Shown here: piece after piece, positions 37,739 to 45,785 of the stretch | Position numbering within the stretch: position 1 is the stretch's first letter | Layout of the letters: the number at the start of each line of letters is the position of its first letter | Origin: a virus | Taxonomy: Duplodnaviria; Caudoviricetes | Length of the DNA: 48,791 bases | IMG/VR virus record: IMGVR_UViG_3300042528_000252 | Span: 1 to 48,791 of that record | Strand: one strand, 5' to 3' | The notes under the pieces: generated by a model | Told to the model about the DNA's origin: nothing | Seen by the model: the letters and a program-made list of their open reading frames with translations, nothing else | The model's database searches: none | Position numbers and translations under genes: made by a program

Positions 37739-38575
37739 TTATGGATAAACTATTGGTCCATCTGTCCAAGTAACTGATGTATTTGTAATTGACTTGGCAT
37801 AGGTGCTTGAATCTGATACAACAGTTGCATTTGTTACAGATTTCATTAATAAAACGGTATTTGTTACATCTGTTAGAGGTAGGGATGGAACAACAAATGA
37901 TGATCCTGTATAAAGTGCAGTACCATTTATTACTCTGAAATTTGAAATCTTACCGTTCAAACCTTGACTATATGTACTACCAATTCTTAATCCATTTGTT
38001 GATGGTAAATAATTATTTGGATCATTAGCAGTCGTTGTAGAAGCAGTACCGTTTACATAAAATCTAATTGTATTTGTATCGTCTCTAGTTACTGCTATAT
38101 GGTACCAAGTAGATAATGATAAAATATTACCAGATCCAGCTTGATTGAGTGTCCAATCAGTAAATGATGTTGGGGCAGCTCCAGATCTAAACCAAGAAAA
38201 ATATCCACCGTAATTACCAATACCATATAGAATTCCTGATGTAGGTTCTATGAAATAATAACCGGATGAAGCAGGATTTGCACTGAAATTTATCCAACAT
38301 TCAATTGTAAATGGACTAGTACCAAATCGCATTGTTTCATCAGGAGGTACTATAGCAAATGCAGATCCATTAAAATTCATCACACCATATGTTGATACTG
38401 GTTCACCGGTAGATGTATCTTGACCGCCTGGTCCAGCTCCAACTGGTGAACTTTGTTGTGTTATTAAATTTAGTTGTTCTTGATATTCTAACAAAAGTCT
38501 GTTGTATGACTCCATTATTTTATTCAATGGTAAATGTTTATTTTGTTGGTAGTGTATTGCCCAGTCTATAATCAT
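37739..38575 (-). CDS. LamG-domain protein with N-terminal helical leader
   Basis: FTIECWI, WYHIAVTR, FYVNG, GKISNFRV..GTALY..F..P..PLT....T.LL. Confidence 0.85.
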   Translation of the reverse strand: MIIDWAIHYQQNKHLPLNKIMESYNRLLLEYQEQLNLITQQSSPVGAGPGGQDTSTGEPVSTYGVMNFNGSAFAIVPPDETMRFGTSPFTIECWINFSANPASSGYYFIEPTSGILYGIGNYGGYFSWFRSGAAPTSFTDWTLNQAGSGNILSLSTWYHIAVTRDDTNTIRFYVNGTASTTTANDPNNYLPSTNGLRIGSTYSQGLNGKISNFRVINGTALYTGSSFVVPSLPLTDVTNTVLLMKSVTNATVVSDSSTYAKSITNTSVTWTDGPIVYP

Positions 38576-38580
38576 ATGTT

Positions 38581-38589
38581 TATAAATAG
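38581..38589 (-). promoter_or_regulatory. Candidate phage late promoter CTATTTATA
   Basis: 5 nt upstream of ATG 38575 on - strand. Confidence 0.6.
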
Positions 38590-38601
38590 AAACAAAAAAT
38601 A

Positions 38602-38625
38602 AACCCCACTAAATTAATAGTGGGG
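38602..38625. repeat. Hairpin repeat, copy 3
   Basis: First 24 bp identical to copies 1 and 2. Confidence 0.9.
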
Positions 38626-38633
38626 GTATCGTT

Positions 38634-39437
38634 TTAGTTCTTCCACATTGGATTAAGTTTACCCCGTCTTGATATAGAAGAATTTTTTTGTTCTTTATTA
38701 CCTATCCCTTTTTGCCATTTTTTATATAAACCCGATTTTTTCAAAAACCGTGTGACTATATAATTACTAATGGGATACCCAGTTTCCGTTATTTTACTCG
38801 CAATCAACTTTGGACCATAACTTTGATACAGATTTATGATTTCATTTTGAATATTTTCTGGAATCGTAACAAACTCATAACCTTTCATTTTTTTACTAAC
38901 TTTTTCAGATGATCTTTTTCTTGATTCATCTGATATTGGATTAGTTTTATGCCATTCTTTTATAGAATTTGATATTTTATCAGCCCAGTCTATTTTCCTA
39001 CCTTTCATCTTAGTGGATATTTTTTCTTTGTGGGAATCATCCATCCACATATCTTTAGTTCTTTTGCTCAATTTATCACGGTATTCTTTGGTTTTACGGA
39101 TTTCACGCATAGATGATTCTCGTTTTTTAAGAACTATTTGTTTTTTTGTTTCTGATAAATTTGTAAAAGTATCACCACCAGTTCCACCTTCTGCAATATT
39201 ATACCCTATTTTTCTATCCGTTGATTTAAATTTATTAATCCAATATTTTTCTCTTTCACACAATAATTCTTGTGAGTCACATATCTCTAATATTTCTTTT
39301 TTAAAATTATTGATACCATATCTCCGTATTGCTTTTTTTAATAGTAAACCAGATCCTAAATAAGATGGATTATTTGTGACATCTTTTCCTATGTAGAATT
39401 TTCCATTGATTAGATTAGTAGTAATATAAATGACCAT
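38634..39437 (-). mobile_element. Free-standing GIY-YIG homing endonuclease gene (Seg-like)
   Basis: VIYITTNLINGKFYIG, YLGSG, YG..NF.KEILE, E.YWI, GYN...GG.GG, basic NUMOD3-like tail; start moved to MVIY at 39437. Confidence 0.88.
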
Positions 39438-39461
39438 ACATAATAAATATGTATGGTCATT
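39429..39461 (-). promoter_or_regulatory. Translation-blocking hairpin with embedded late-promoter motif
   Basis: Perfect 14-bp stem AATGACCATACATA-tttat-TATGTATGGTCATT; the endonuclease ATG is in the 3' arm. Confidence 0.8.
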
Positions 39462-39490
39462 GTCAAATACCAAACTCTTTTTACTTTATG

Positions 39491-40579
39491 TTATTTTTTC
39501 AATACTTGCCAGAACAACTTTTTTTGTTGATCCGTAGTTAGGTTCTTACCATCAAGCAATGAGAATATCATTGAGGATCTATTAGATTCTGAATATGATG
39601 ATATTACCTTTTGAGCTTGTTCTTTACGGGTTGATAATGATTTTAATTGATTATCAATGAATGATTTAAATCCGTCAACAATTTTGTTTACTTCTTTAGA
39701 AGCATCACATACTTGAGACGCATATCCTCTTACCATTTCAAAACACTCATAATCAAAAGTTTCAGTCAACTTAGATGCAAACTCTTGATATGATGGTTTA
39801 TCATAATTAAAATACAAATCTAAAGTATTTTCCAAAGTAGCCTCAGACTTAAATCTGTGTTTAATCAGATAATCCATAGCCTTTACCTTGTGAAGCATTT
39901 GGTCATTCTTTGAATAAACAACCACACCTTCCTTACCTCTCCATTGGTCAACATCCTTTAACAGATCTTGAACATCAGAAAAAGTATAAGTAGGAGGACG
40001 ATCAAATCCATACTTCTTAGCCATAGCGTCCAACATATCTTGTTGTGCAAGTGAATAGTTGATGTGGTTAATAAATCCAATCAATCTCCAAGAAGGTTCA
40101 TCACCATAGTTCAAAACAATCTTGTTGATAGGAGACAACCACTCAAAAAGCACTGAATAATCCCAAGTATCATTGTTATCAGCCAACTTGGACAAAATAG
40201 TGTTCTTGAAAATTTCAAGTTCGTGACCATTAGCCATAGTAGAAGCATCAACAGTTCCACGGGTACGCAGAATATATTGACCATTATACTTGCTAACAAT
40301 CAACAATGAACCATCAAGCTTTTCAACCACGGTGCAATGCTTCAATGAATTAGGAACAGGAAAGTGATCAGGATTCTCCCCCCAGTTGGTAAACTTAGGA
40401 AAACCTGCACTGATAACTTCACCGGCATAATTCACAACCACACTACGCATGTGCTTGTTGTCTTGAGTCCACTTAGTGCCGATATGTTGAGGTTGAATCA
40501 AATAAACAATTTCACCATTAAGTGAATGTTCATGCACCATAAATTGGGTGAGGTCAACCTTTTGAATGTCAATCTTCAT
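39491..40579 (-). CDS. RNA ligase 1 (T4 RnlA-like)
   Basis: FPKFTNWGE, motif I EKLDGSL, LFEWLSP.NKIVL.Y, EGVVV, KVK...Y. Confidence 0.85.
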   Translation of the reverse strand: MKIDIQKVDLTQFMVHEHSLNGEIVYLIQPQHIGTKWTQDNKHMRSVVVNYAGEVISAGFPKFTNWGENPDHFPVPNSLKHCTVVEKLDGSLLIVSKYNGQYILRTRGTVDASTMANGHELEIFKNTILSKLADNNDTWDYSVLFEWLSPINKIVLNYGDEPSWRLIGFINHINYSLAQQDMLDAMAKKYGFDRPPTYTFSDVQDLLKDVDQWRGKEGVVVYSKNDQMLHKVKAMDYLIKHRFKSEATLENTLDLYFNYDKPSYQEFASKLTETFDYECFEMVRGYASQVCDASKEVNKIVDGFKSFIDNQLKSLSTRKEQAQKVISSYSESNRSSMIFSLLDGKNLTTDQQKKLFWQVLKK

Positions 40580-40585
40580 ATGTTC

Positions 40586-40614
40586 AATTTACCACACACT
40601 TTATAACAAGTCAA
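40586..40614 (-). promoter_or_regulatory. Sigma70-type promoter (leaderless)
   Basis: TTGACT-17-TAAATT with TG extension; ATG 6 nt downstream. Confidence 0.8.
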
Positions 40615-40617
40615 CCG

Positions 40618-41178
40618 TCAATCCCATAATTGCTGATAGTATTCAGCAAACAACAACATTCCCTTTTTACGACGTTCTTCCAATTCTTCATTTTTCTTTA
40701 AATATTGTTCCCAAGCTTGTTTTTGTTCTGGTGTTTTTTCACGTTCGACGTTTTTAAAATAATCATCCATATTACCAAGACGTTCATACAAAACCATAGG
40801 CATTGGATTGAACTTTTCTTCATCCTCCATATATTCAAATGTCCAAATCAATTCATCCAAAATTTCTTCCCAACGTTCAGGTGTGATCTGTGGGGGGTGT
40901 GTATGAATATTGATTTTTTTGAAATGCTTTAGTCTGGGAAGAATAAATTTTGTGAGTGTATAATCCAAACTCCAACATTCACTATCACTTACACCATAAC
41001 GCATACGTTGATAGGTACTAATAACCCAACGTTTTAGATCATAATACTTATAGTATATACGCCATCCATAAGCAATATGGTCCAAAATCCAATCACCATA
41101 TTTATTGGTTCTGTACCAAGGTTGTAACGCAGTAGCTTCTGCCTTCTCTAAGCTTTCGTTGATTTGCTTGATGTCCAT
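40618..41178 (-). CDS. Phage hypothetical protein
   Basis: WSLD.TL...ILPRL..FK, W.EILDE.IW.FE, G..LF.EYY..LWD pattern familiar from phage proteins. Confidence 0.75.
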   Translation of the reverse strand: MDIKQINESLEKAEATALQPWYRTNKYGDWILDHIAYGWRIYYKYYDLKRWVISTYQRMRYGVSDSECWSLDYTLTKFILPRLKHFKKINIHTHPPQITPERWEEILDELIWTFEYMEDEEKFNPMPMVLYERLGNMDDYFKNVEREKTPEQKQAWEQYLKKNEELEERRKKGMLLFAEYYQQLWD

Positions 41179-41184
41179 TACTGG

Positions 41185-41212
41185 ACAATAACACGAATAT
41201 TTACTTAGTCAA
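41185..41212 (-). promoter_or_regulatory. Sigma70-type promoter (leaderless)
   Basis: TTGACT-16-TATTGT with TG extension; ATG 6 nt downstream. Confidence 0.65.
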
Positions 41213-41407
41213 ACACTTTTCGTCATAGAATTCATATTCTTCACTGAACATAGAATATAAATAATCATGATGTTTATCTTCTAAAAGATACTCACGAAGA
41301 TCAATGATACGACGATCATCACAACAATGACATTGCATGTAAATCTTGTCACGCTTTAATTTAGCGGGCATATCACAATAGTTACAAGTTATTTGAAGAT
41401 CATTCAT
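41201..41407 (-). CDS. Small zinc-ribbon-like protein
   Basis: CNYC...CHCC; weaker promoter TTTACT-16-TATTTT at 41415-41442. Confidence 0.65.
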   Translation of the reverse strand: MNDLQITCNYCDMPAKLKRDKIYMQCHCCDDRRIIDLREYLLEDKHHDYLYSMFSEEYEFYDEKCLTK

Positions 41408-41433
41408 ACTTTATAAAATATCATGACAAACGC

Positions 41434-41469
41434 AAAAGTAAAGGGATGTCACCATTACGTAACATCCCT
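41434..41469 (-). terminator. Intrinsic terminator
   Basis: AGGGATGTTAC-gtaatg-GTGACATCCCT-TTACTTTT. Confidence 0.75.
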
Positions 41470-41493
41470 CCACAATTTGTTACAAATCAATCT

Positions 41494-42273
41494 TTAAAGA
41501 TCTGCGTAATCTTTCAGTTCAATCTTACCATTTGCAATAGTAATATACTGATTAAGATGACAATCAATACAAATGTTATTTGCATCTGTAATATTAATGT
41601 ATCCTTCACTATTGTGTTGTTTAGCTCTACCAGTTTCCCATTGACTAGTATGACCCACAATTTGTTTCAAATCATCAATAGGACTAAACTCATCATCAAA
41701 ATCACACCAAACAATGCCACCGGCTTTATTCATACCACCTCTGCTACGTCCAACTTGATAAAACCAATGAAGATCATTTGAAAGCAACTTGGAAGATACT
41801 TGTTTTGATTGATCGTCAAGATAATTAAATATATCGTCGTTGGTTTTAATTTGTGGAGGCAATATTCTACTATCCAATCCGGCGTGGGTTAATAGAATAT
41901 CATCCAAAACAATAAACCAGTGAAACTTATTACGAACAGATGCACGATCTTTACCTAACACTTCGTCAATAGTTCTATACTTCCATTCTTCATAACCACT
42001 ACACATCGCACTATTGTTGTAATATAGATAATGAATATCGTGGTTACCAAATAGAGTATAGTTCTTTGGATTGGGTAGAAACTTGTCTCTTAGATATTTT
42101 GTAGTAGCTTCGTAATGAATTGGATCATCATATACAAAGCTATCATACCAATCACCCAGACAGATGTTGATATCAGCATCTTCTTTTGTGAGGATTTTGT
42201 CAAGTTTATTTATGTCATTGTGTGGGTCAGCAACAATGACGATCTTCTTTTTATCTGACTTAAAATTTAACAT
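41494..42273 (-). CDS. Calcineurin-like metallophosphoesterase
   Basis: DPH, LGDWYD, GNHD, THAG, QIVGHT, ICID. Confidence 0.9.
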   Translation of the reverse strand: MLNFKSDKKKIVIVADPHNDINKLDKILTKEDADINICLGDWYDSFVYDDPIHYEATTKYLRDKFLPNPKNYTLFGNHDIHYLYYNNSAMCSGYEEWKYRTIDEVLGKDRASVRNKFHWFIVLDDILLTHAGLDSRILPPQIKTNDDIFNYLDDQSKQVSSKLLSNDLHWFYQVGRSRGGMNKAGGIVWCDFDDEFSPIDDLKQIVGHTSQWETGRAKQHNSEGYINITDANNICIDCHLNQYITIANGKIELKDYADL

Positions 42274-42278
42274 AACCT

Positions 42279-42307
42279 ATGTTAACATGTAACTGATTAA
42301 AAGTCAA
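42279..42307 (-). promoter_or_regulatory. Sigma70-type promoter (leaderless)
   Basis: TTGACT-17-TAACAT with TG extension; ATG 5 nt downstream. Confidence 0.75.
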
Positions 42308-42551
42308 GTGTTTTGCTTTTGACTTTGGTGAGTAACCATCTTACCATATCATATTTGGTAGATGGTTCTCCGTATTTTTTAATTTTATAGTATTCCATTT
42401 CCAACTCATATAGTCTTTGAGTTGTATCTAGTTTTTCAGACCATTTGGGATCTGCTAGAGAATTATCTGTTTGTTTCTCTAGTTTCTCTAGTTTCTCCAA
42501 ACATTCCACTAAAAACTCATATTCTATTTTGGAAAGAATTACTTTTTTCAC
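42297..42551 (-). CDS. Hypothetical protein
   Basis: GTG start overlapping the upstream TGA. Confidence 0.6.
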   Translation of the reverse strand: MKKVILSKIEYEFLVECLEKLEKLEKQTDNSLADPKWSEKLDTTQRLYELEMEYYKIKKYGEPSTKYDMVRWLLTKVKSKTLDF

Positions 42552-42667
42552 TTCTCAGTTGATTTGGATTTCTTTTTACCAAAGATTCTATCAAAGTTTT
42601 TATCGTATTCTTTTTTATTAGTTGGTCTTTGTTTTGAACCTTTACCGGCTTGATTCTGGTTGCTCAT
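42548..42667 (-). CDS. 39-aa basic peptide (not in ORF track)
   Basis: Hand translation MSNQNQAGKGSKQRPTNKKEYDKNFDRIFGKKKSKSTEK; fills the gap and is coupled (GTGA) to the next gene. Confidence 0.7.
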   Translation of the reverse strand: MSNQNQAGKGSKQRPTNKKEYDKNFDRIFGKKKSKSTEK

Positions 42668-42998
42668 AAAATAATTGATATCCTTCCTCTATTGTTTCAA
42701 AAAACGAATTATTTGCATACATCTCAGAAGCGATTGATGTGTCACTTTTGAGATACTGAGAATTTACATTTTTCAAAGTAAATGCTCCGGTTGTATCATC
42801 GGTTTTTTCATATCCTACAAATAGGACACTGAAATTTTTGTCATGAAGCACATCATCAAATGCTCCATCGTAGTTATGAACATAAACGATATCTCGTTCA
42901 CTCCATTTATTGTCGATTCGTGGACATACACATACTCTGGTTTCGCCATCAATAAATGCTTTAAATACAAAAGCATTTGGTTTAATTAGTTCATTCAT
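42642..42998 (-). CDS. Hypothetical protein
   Basis: Start moved to MNELIKP (42998), which overlaps the stop of the upstream small ORF. Confidence 0.65.
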   Translation of the reverse strand: MNELIKPNAFVFKAFIDGETRVCVCPRIDNKWSERDIVYVHNYDGAFDDVLHDKNFSVLFVGYEKTDDTTGAFTLKNVNSQYLKSDTSIASEMYANNSFFETIEEGYQLFYEQPESSR

Positions 42999-43170
42999 AT
43001 TTTTCAGCACATTTACTGCAAAGTTGTCCTGCACCTTCTACATAGTTATAACGATAGTCAACATGTTTGTCTTTGGGTTCATTTGTATCAACCCCACAAA
43101 CAATACATTCGTCCATTTCAGATGTTACTTTAAAATCTCCATTGGGTAATTTTTCAATTTTATTATTCAT
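42991..43170 (-). CDS. 59-aa zinc-finger-like protein (not in ORF track)
   Basis: Hand translation MNNKIEKLPNGDFKVTSEMDECIVCGVDTNEPKDKHVDYRYNYVEGAGQLCSKCAEKYE (CxxC...CxxC). Confidence 0.75.
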   Translation of the reverse strand: MNNKIEKLPNGDFKVTSEMDECIVCGVDTNEPKDKHVDYRYNYVEGAGQLCSKCAEKYE

Positions 43171-43173
43171 AAT

Positions 43174-43515
43174 TTATTTCCACAAAACTTGTAATGCAAC
43201 AATTAAACCACATAACCCAATTAATACTAGAGTCTTGAGGCTTAACCGTTCATTGAAATAAATAGTGGTTAATATGGTGAACATAATGATACCAATACTA
43301 AATGTGAATATTCTGTTTGGCCACATTTTACCATTAAAATACTCGGTCAACAATCTAGTTGCATAAATTGATAACAATGTATTGGGCACGCTCAACCATA
43401 TTAACCACAATTCGTACTTCTTATAGAAGTTATGAATAAACTGACCATATAATTGGTGCCAACCAACTATATACACTACTATTAGTATTGATACTCCTAA
43501 TAATAATTGGGTCAT
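43174..43515 (-). CDS. Small four-TM membrane protein (SMR/DMT-like topology)
   Basis: Four hydrophobic helices in 113 aa; F.E.LS.K...G terminal pattern. Confidence 0.65.
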   Translation of the reverse strand: MTQLLLGVSILIVVYIVGWHQLYGQFIHNFYKKYELWLIWLSVPNTLLSIYATRLLTEYFNGKMWPNRIFTFSIGIIMFTILTTIYFNERLSLKTLVLIGLCGLIVALQVLWK

Positions 43516-43706
43516 TTTTTTCTCAATATCGTATTGTTTTTATTAACAACTTCTTTGCAAACTACACTACCTTTACTTAACTTAGCATAAAAGTTATCAT
43601 ATACATGAATCAAGTCATTTGGTTCAATCTTACTACCATCTTTTAACTTGGTATACTTTTTGATATCTGATTCGGTTAATTCAATTACATTATCAGCGCT
43701 CTTCAT
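43512..43706 (-). CDS. Hypothetical protein
   Basis: Coupled overlaps with both neighbours. Confidence 0.6.
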   Translation of the reverse strand: MKSADNVIELTESDIKKYTKLKDGSKIEPNDLIHVYDNFYAKLSKGSVVCKEVVNKNNTILRKK

Positions 43707-43899
43707 ACATACCTCTCATTTCTTTGTAAGATACCTTATTAAACATTAAAGCGTCACCAATATGAATCATTTGCTCTGTTCTAGTAGCCCAAGGATGTCT
43801 AAGTGCAAAGACAACACTTGAAATAGATAAATAAAACAAAAAGATTAATGCACACCAAATAGCAATGTCTTTAAACAGTTTTGTTATACGATTCCACAT
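43693..43899 (-). CDS. Small single-TM protein
   Basis: Hydrophobic segment followed by RHPW.T. Confidence 0.6.
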   Translation of the reverse strand: MWNRITKLFKDIAIWCALIFLFYLSISSVVFALRHPWATRTEQMIHIGDALMFNKVSYKEMRGMYEER

Positions 43900-44251
43900 A
43901 ACTAATAATATTTTGTTTACCCACGGGATTCATACTATGTACTTGATATGGAGGATGTTTCACACCCTTCTTCATACAATAATCAACTAACCACTTAGCA
44001 CAATCATATCCAGTCTTTTCTGCATATTGATCATATGGAATATCATCATTTTTTAAACCATGACCATAATGTTTATCTGCAAGATCATGATCGTAGGTTA
44101 CAAACTTAGGAATTCCTCTGAGTGTAATTAGATCAACAAACTCTTGATAGTTTCTTACAAGACTATAGTGCTGATTAGCAGGCAAATCTACCCACGTTAC
44201 ATGATTGGGGAGCCTAACATCATCCAGAAATAAATTGTAATTTGTTATCAT
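43871..44251 (-). CDS. Cyclic-phosphate-processing receiver-like (cREC) domain protein
   Basis: LFLDDVR, VRNY.EF, DHDL, TGYDCAKWL, VHSMNPVG. Confidence 0.85.
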   Translation of the reverse strand: MITNYNLFLDDVRLPNHVTWVDLPANQHYSLVRNYQEFVDLITLRGIPKFVTYDHDLADKHYGHGLKNDDIPYDQYAEKTGYDCAKWLVDYCMKKGVKHPPYQVHSMNPVGKQNIISYVESYNKTV

Positions 44252-44433
44252 TTTTTAATTTTCTCTTCTAAGTATAGAGTATATCTAGCTTGTTGTCTAC
44301 AATTAACTAGTTTAGAACCTAAGAAATCTGCTTTAATGACACGAATACCTTTTGAACCATATTCGTTCATTATAGTTTCCAATTCTTCGGTAGTAGATAC
44401 ATTATGTATTCTAACACTATATTTGTATTTCAT
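44248..44433 (-). CDS. Hypothetical protein
   Basis: LE...NEYG..G.R; ATGA coupling. Confidence 0.6.
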   Translation of the reverse strand: MKYKYSVRIHNVSTTEELETIMNEYGSKGIRVIKADFLGSKLVNCRQQARYTLYLEEKIKK

Positions 44434-44573
44434 CTGCTTGGAAGTACCAAACTGCTTAAGTCTGGTACAGTATAACCTTGTTTAATTAGTTCACGGGTTT
44501 GTTTTACAAGTCGGTCAAAATAAGCCAACTTCATCTTTATCTCTTCTTTTTCTTTCTTGGTCTGTTTTTTCAT
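44430..44573 (-). CDS. 47-aa basic protein (not in ORF track)
   Basis: Hand translation MKKQTKKEKEEIKMKLAYFDRLVKQTRELIKQGYTVPDLSSLVLPSR; ATGA overlaps at both ends. Confidence 0.65.
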   Translation of the reverse strand: MKKQTKKEKEEIKMKLAYFDRLVKQTRELIKQGYTVPDLSSLVLPSR

Positions 44574-45784
44574 ACAGCTACATCAAACTTAATTGTTGGA
44601 TGAAACTCATAATCTAATAGTTTGATATCATCATACTTGAAATCAAACAGTGATTTAACTTCTGGATTCAACCAAACTCTAGGTAGTTTCTTTGGTTCTC
44701 TAGTTAATTGTAACTTCAATCCGTCAATGTGATTTACATAAATATGCGTATCACCCATTGAATGCGTAAACATACCTGGAACCATATTAACAGTTTGCGC
44801 AATCATAGCAGTTAACAGCGCATAACTTGCAATATTAAATGGCTTTCCAAGTGCAGTGTCCACGGATCTTTGGTATAACAAACAATTCAAACGACGAGTT
44901 GGAATATTGTCCTCGTTCAGTTTTTGAATGATCCACACATCAGATTTAGGAAGATTTACAGGACCAACTTGTTTCTGTAAAATATCAATTCGTTCTTCCA
45001 AAGTCAATTCTTCTGTATGAAAGTGGAAAAGACAATGACAGGGTGGCAATGCGCAATGATCTACCCAGTGTGGATGCCATGCACTCACAATCATACGACG
45101 ATCATCTGGATTGTTCTTTAACTTTTCAAGAACTTTTGTAATTTGATCAATTCTTCCTAGAAAAGTTAATGGTTCATCTCCACAATACGTTCCCTTTGTT
45201 CCTAAAGATTTGAATTTTGGCATCGTTGATGGATCGGTTTTATCAACAATTGTAAAAAATGGAAAATCCCGCCACATTCCACCATAAGTTCCTTCACCAA
45301 GCTCACCCCATTCCTTAGCAAATTCAACATCATTTTTGATTCGGTCAATGAATTTATTTTGTTTTTCCTGTATTGATTTCTTGATACTATCAACCACATC
45401 AAAATCATCTGGTTCTAACTTGGAAGCCAATACTCGTTTTTCTTGATTAGACAACAATAATTCATCTGCTAACATTAATCCACCCAATCTTGGTTTGACT
45501 TTCTGATAACGAGAAAATGCCCATTCATTCCAAATACGAACATTATTATCAACCAGATACTTGATGTTGGTATCTCCACTGATAAACCAAAGCAATTCAT
45601 GCACGATTGCTGGCCAATGAACTTTCTTGGTGGTTAATAGAGGAAATGCGTTTAGATCCACATTGTATTTGGCTTGAGCACCAAAAATACCAATGGTATC
45701 TACACCAGTTCGGTTCTTTTTAAGTCTTCCGTTTGTCAAAATATCATTGACAATTCTGAAATATTCTGTGTCTACTTTGTTCAT
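44570..45784 (-). CDS. thyA: Thymidylate synthase (ThyA type, with three insertions)
   Basis: RTG..T, FPLLTTKK, ELLWF..G.TN, IWNEWA, RRMIVSAW, LPPCH, YQRSVD..LG.PFNIASY, GDTHIY.NH; start moved to MNKVD (45784). Confidence 0.95.
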   Translation of the reverse strand: MNKVDTEYFRIVNDILTNGRLKKNRTGVDTIGIFGAQAKYNVDLNAFPLLTTKKVHWPAIVHELLWFISGDTNIKYLVDNNVRIWNEWAFSRYQKVKPRLGGLMLADELLLSNQEKRVLASKLEPDDFDVVDSIKKSIQEKQNKFIDRIKNDVEFAKEWGELGEGTYGGMWRDFPFFTIVDKTDPSTMPKFKSLGTKGTYCGDEPLTFLGRIDQITKVLEKLKNNPDDRRMIVSAWHPHWVDHCALPPCHCLFHFHTEELTLEERIDILQKQVGPVNLPKSDVWIIQKLNEDNIPTRRLNCLLYQRSVDTALGKPFNIASYALLTAMIAQTVNMVPGMFTHSMGDTHIYVNHIDGLKLQLTREPKKLPRVWLNPEVKSLFDFKYDDIKLLDYEFHPTIKFDVAV

Positions 45785-45785
45785 A

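Noticed and set aside
37286-38625. Hairpin repeats as a mini-CRISPR array
   Set aside because: Intervals are about 390 and 880 bp and contain whole genes; no cas genes seen.
39440-39466. Sigma70 promoter for the endonuclease (TTGACA...TATTAT)
   Set aside because: Spacer is only 15 nt, unlike the 16-17 nt of all other promoters here; the late motif plus hairpin explains the site better.
43036-43061. TTGACT promoter-like sequence before GTG 43034
   Set aside because: Lies inside the 59-aa gene, has no properly spaced TAnnnT, and the better start is ATG 42998.
44570-45784. Intron or intein in thyA, or a dCMP hydroxymethylase
   Set aside because: Frame is uninterrupted, inserts are short with no intein C/S...HN ends, and the dUMP-specifying Asn is present.
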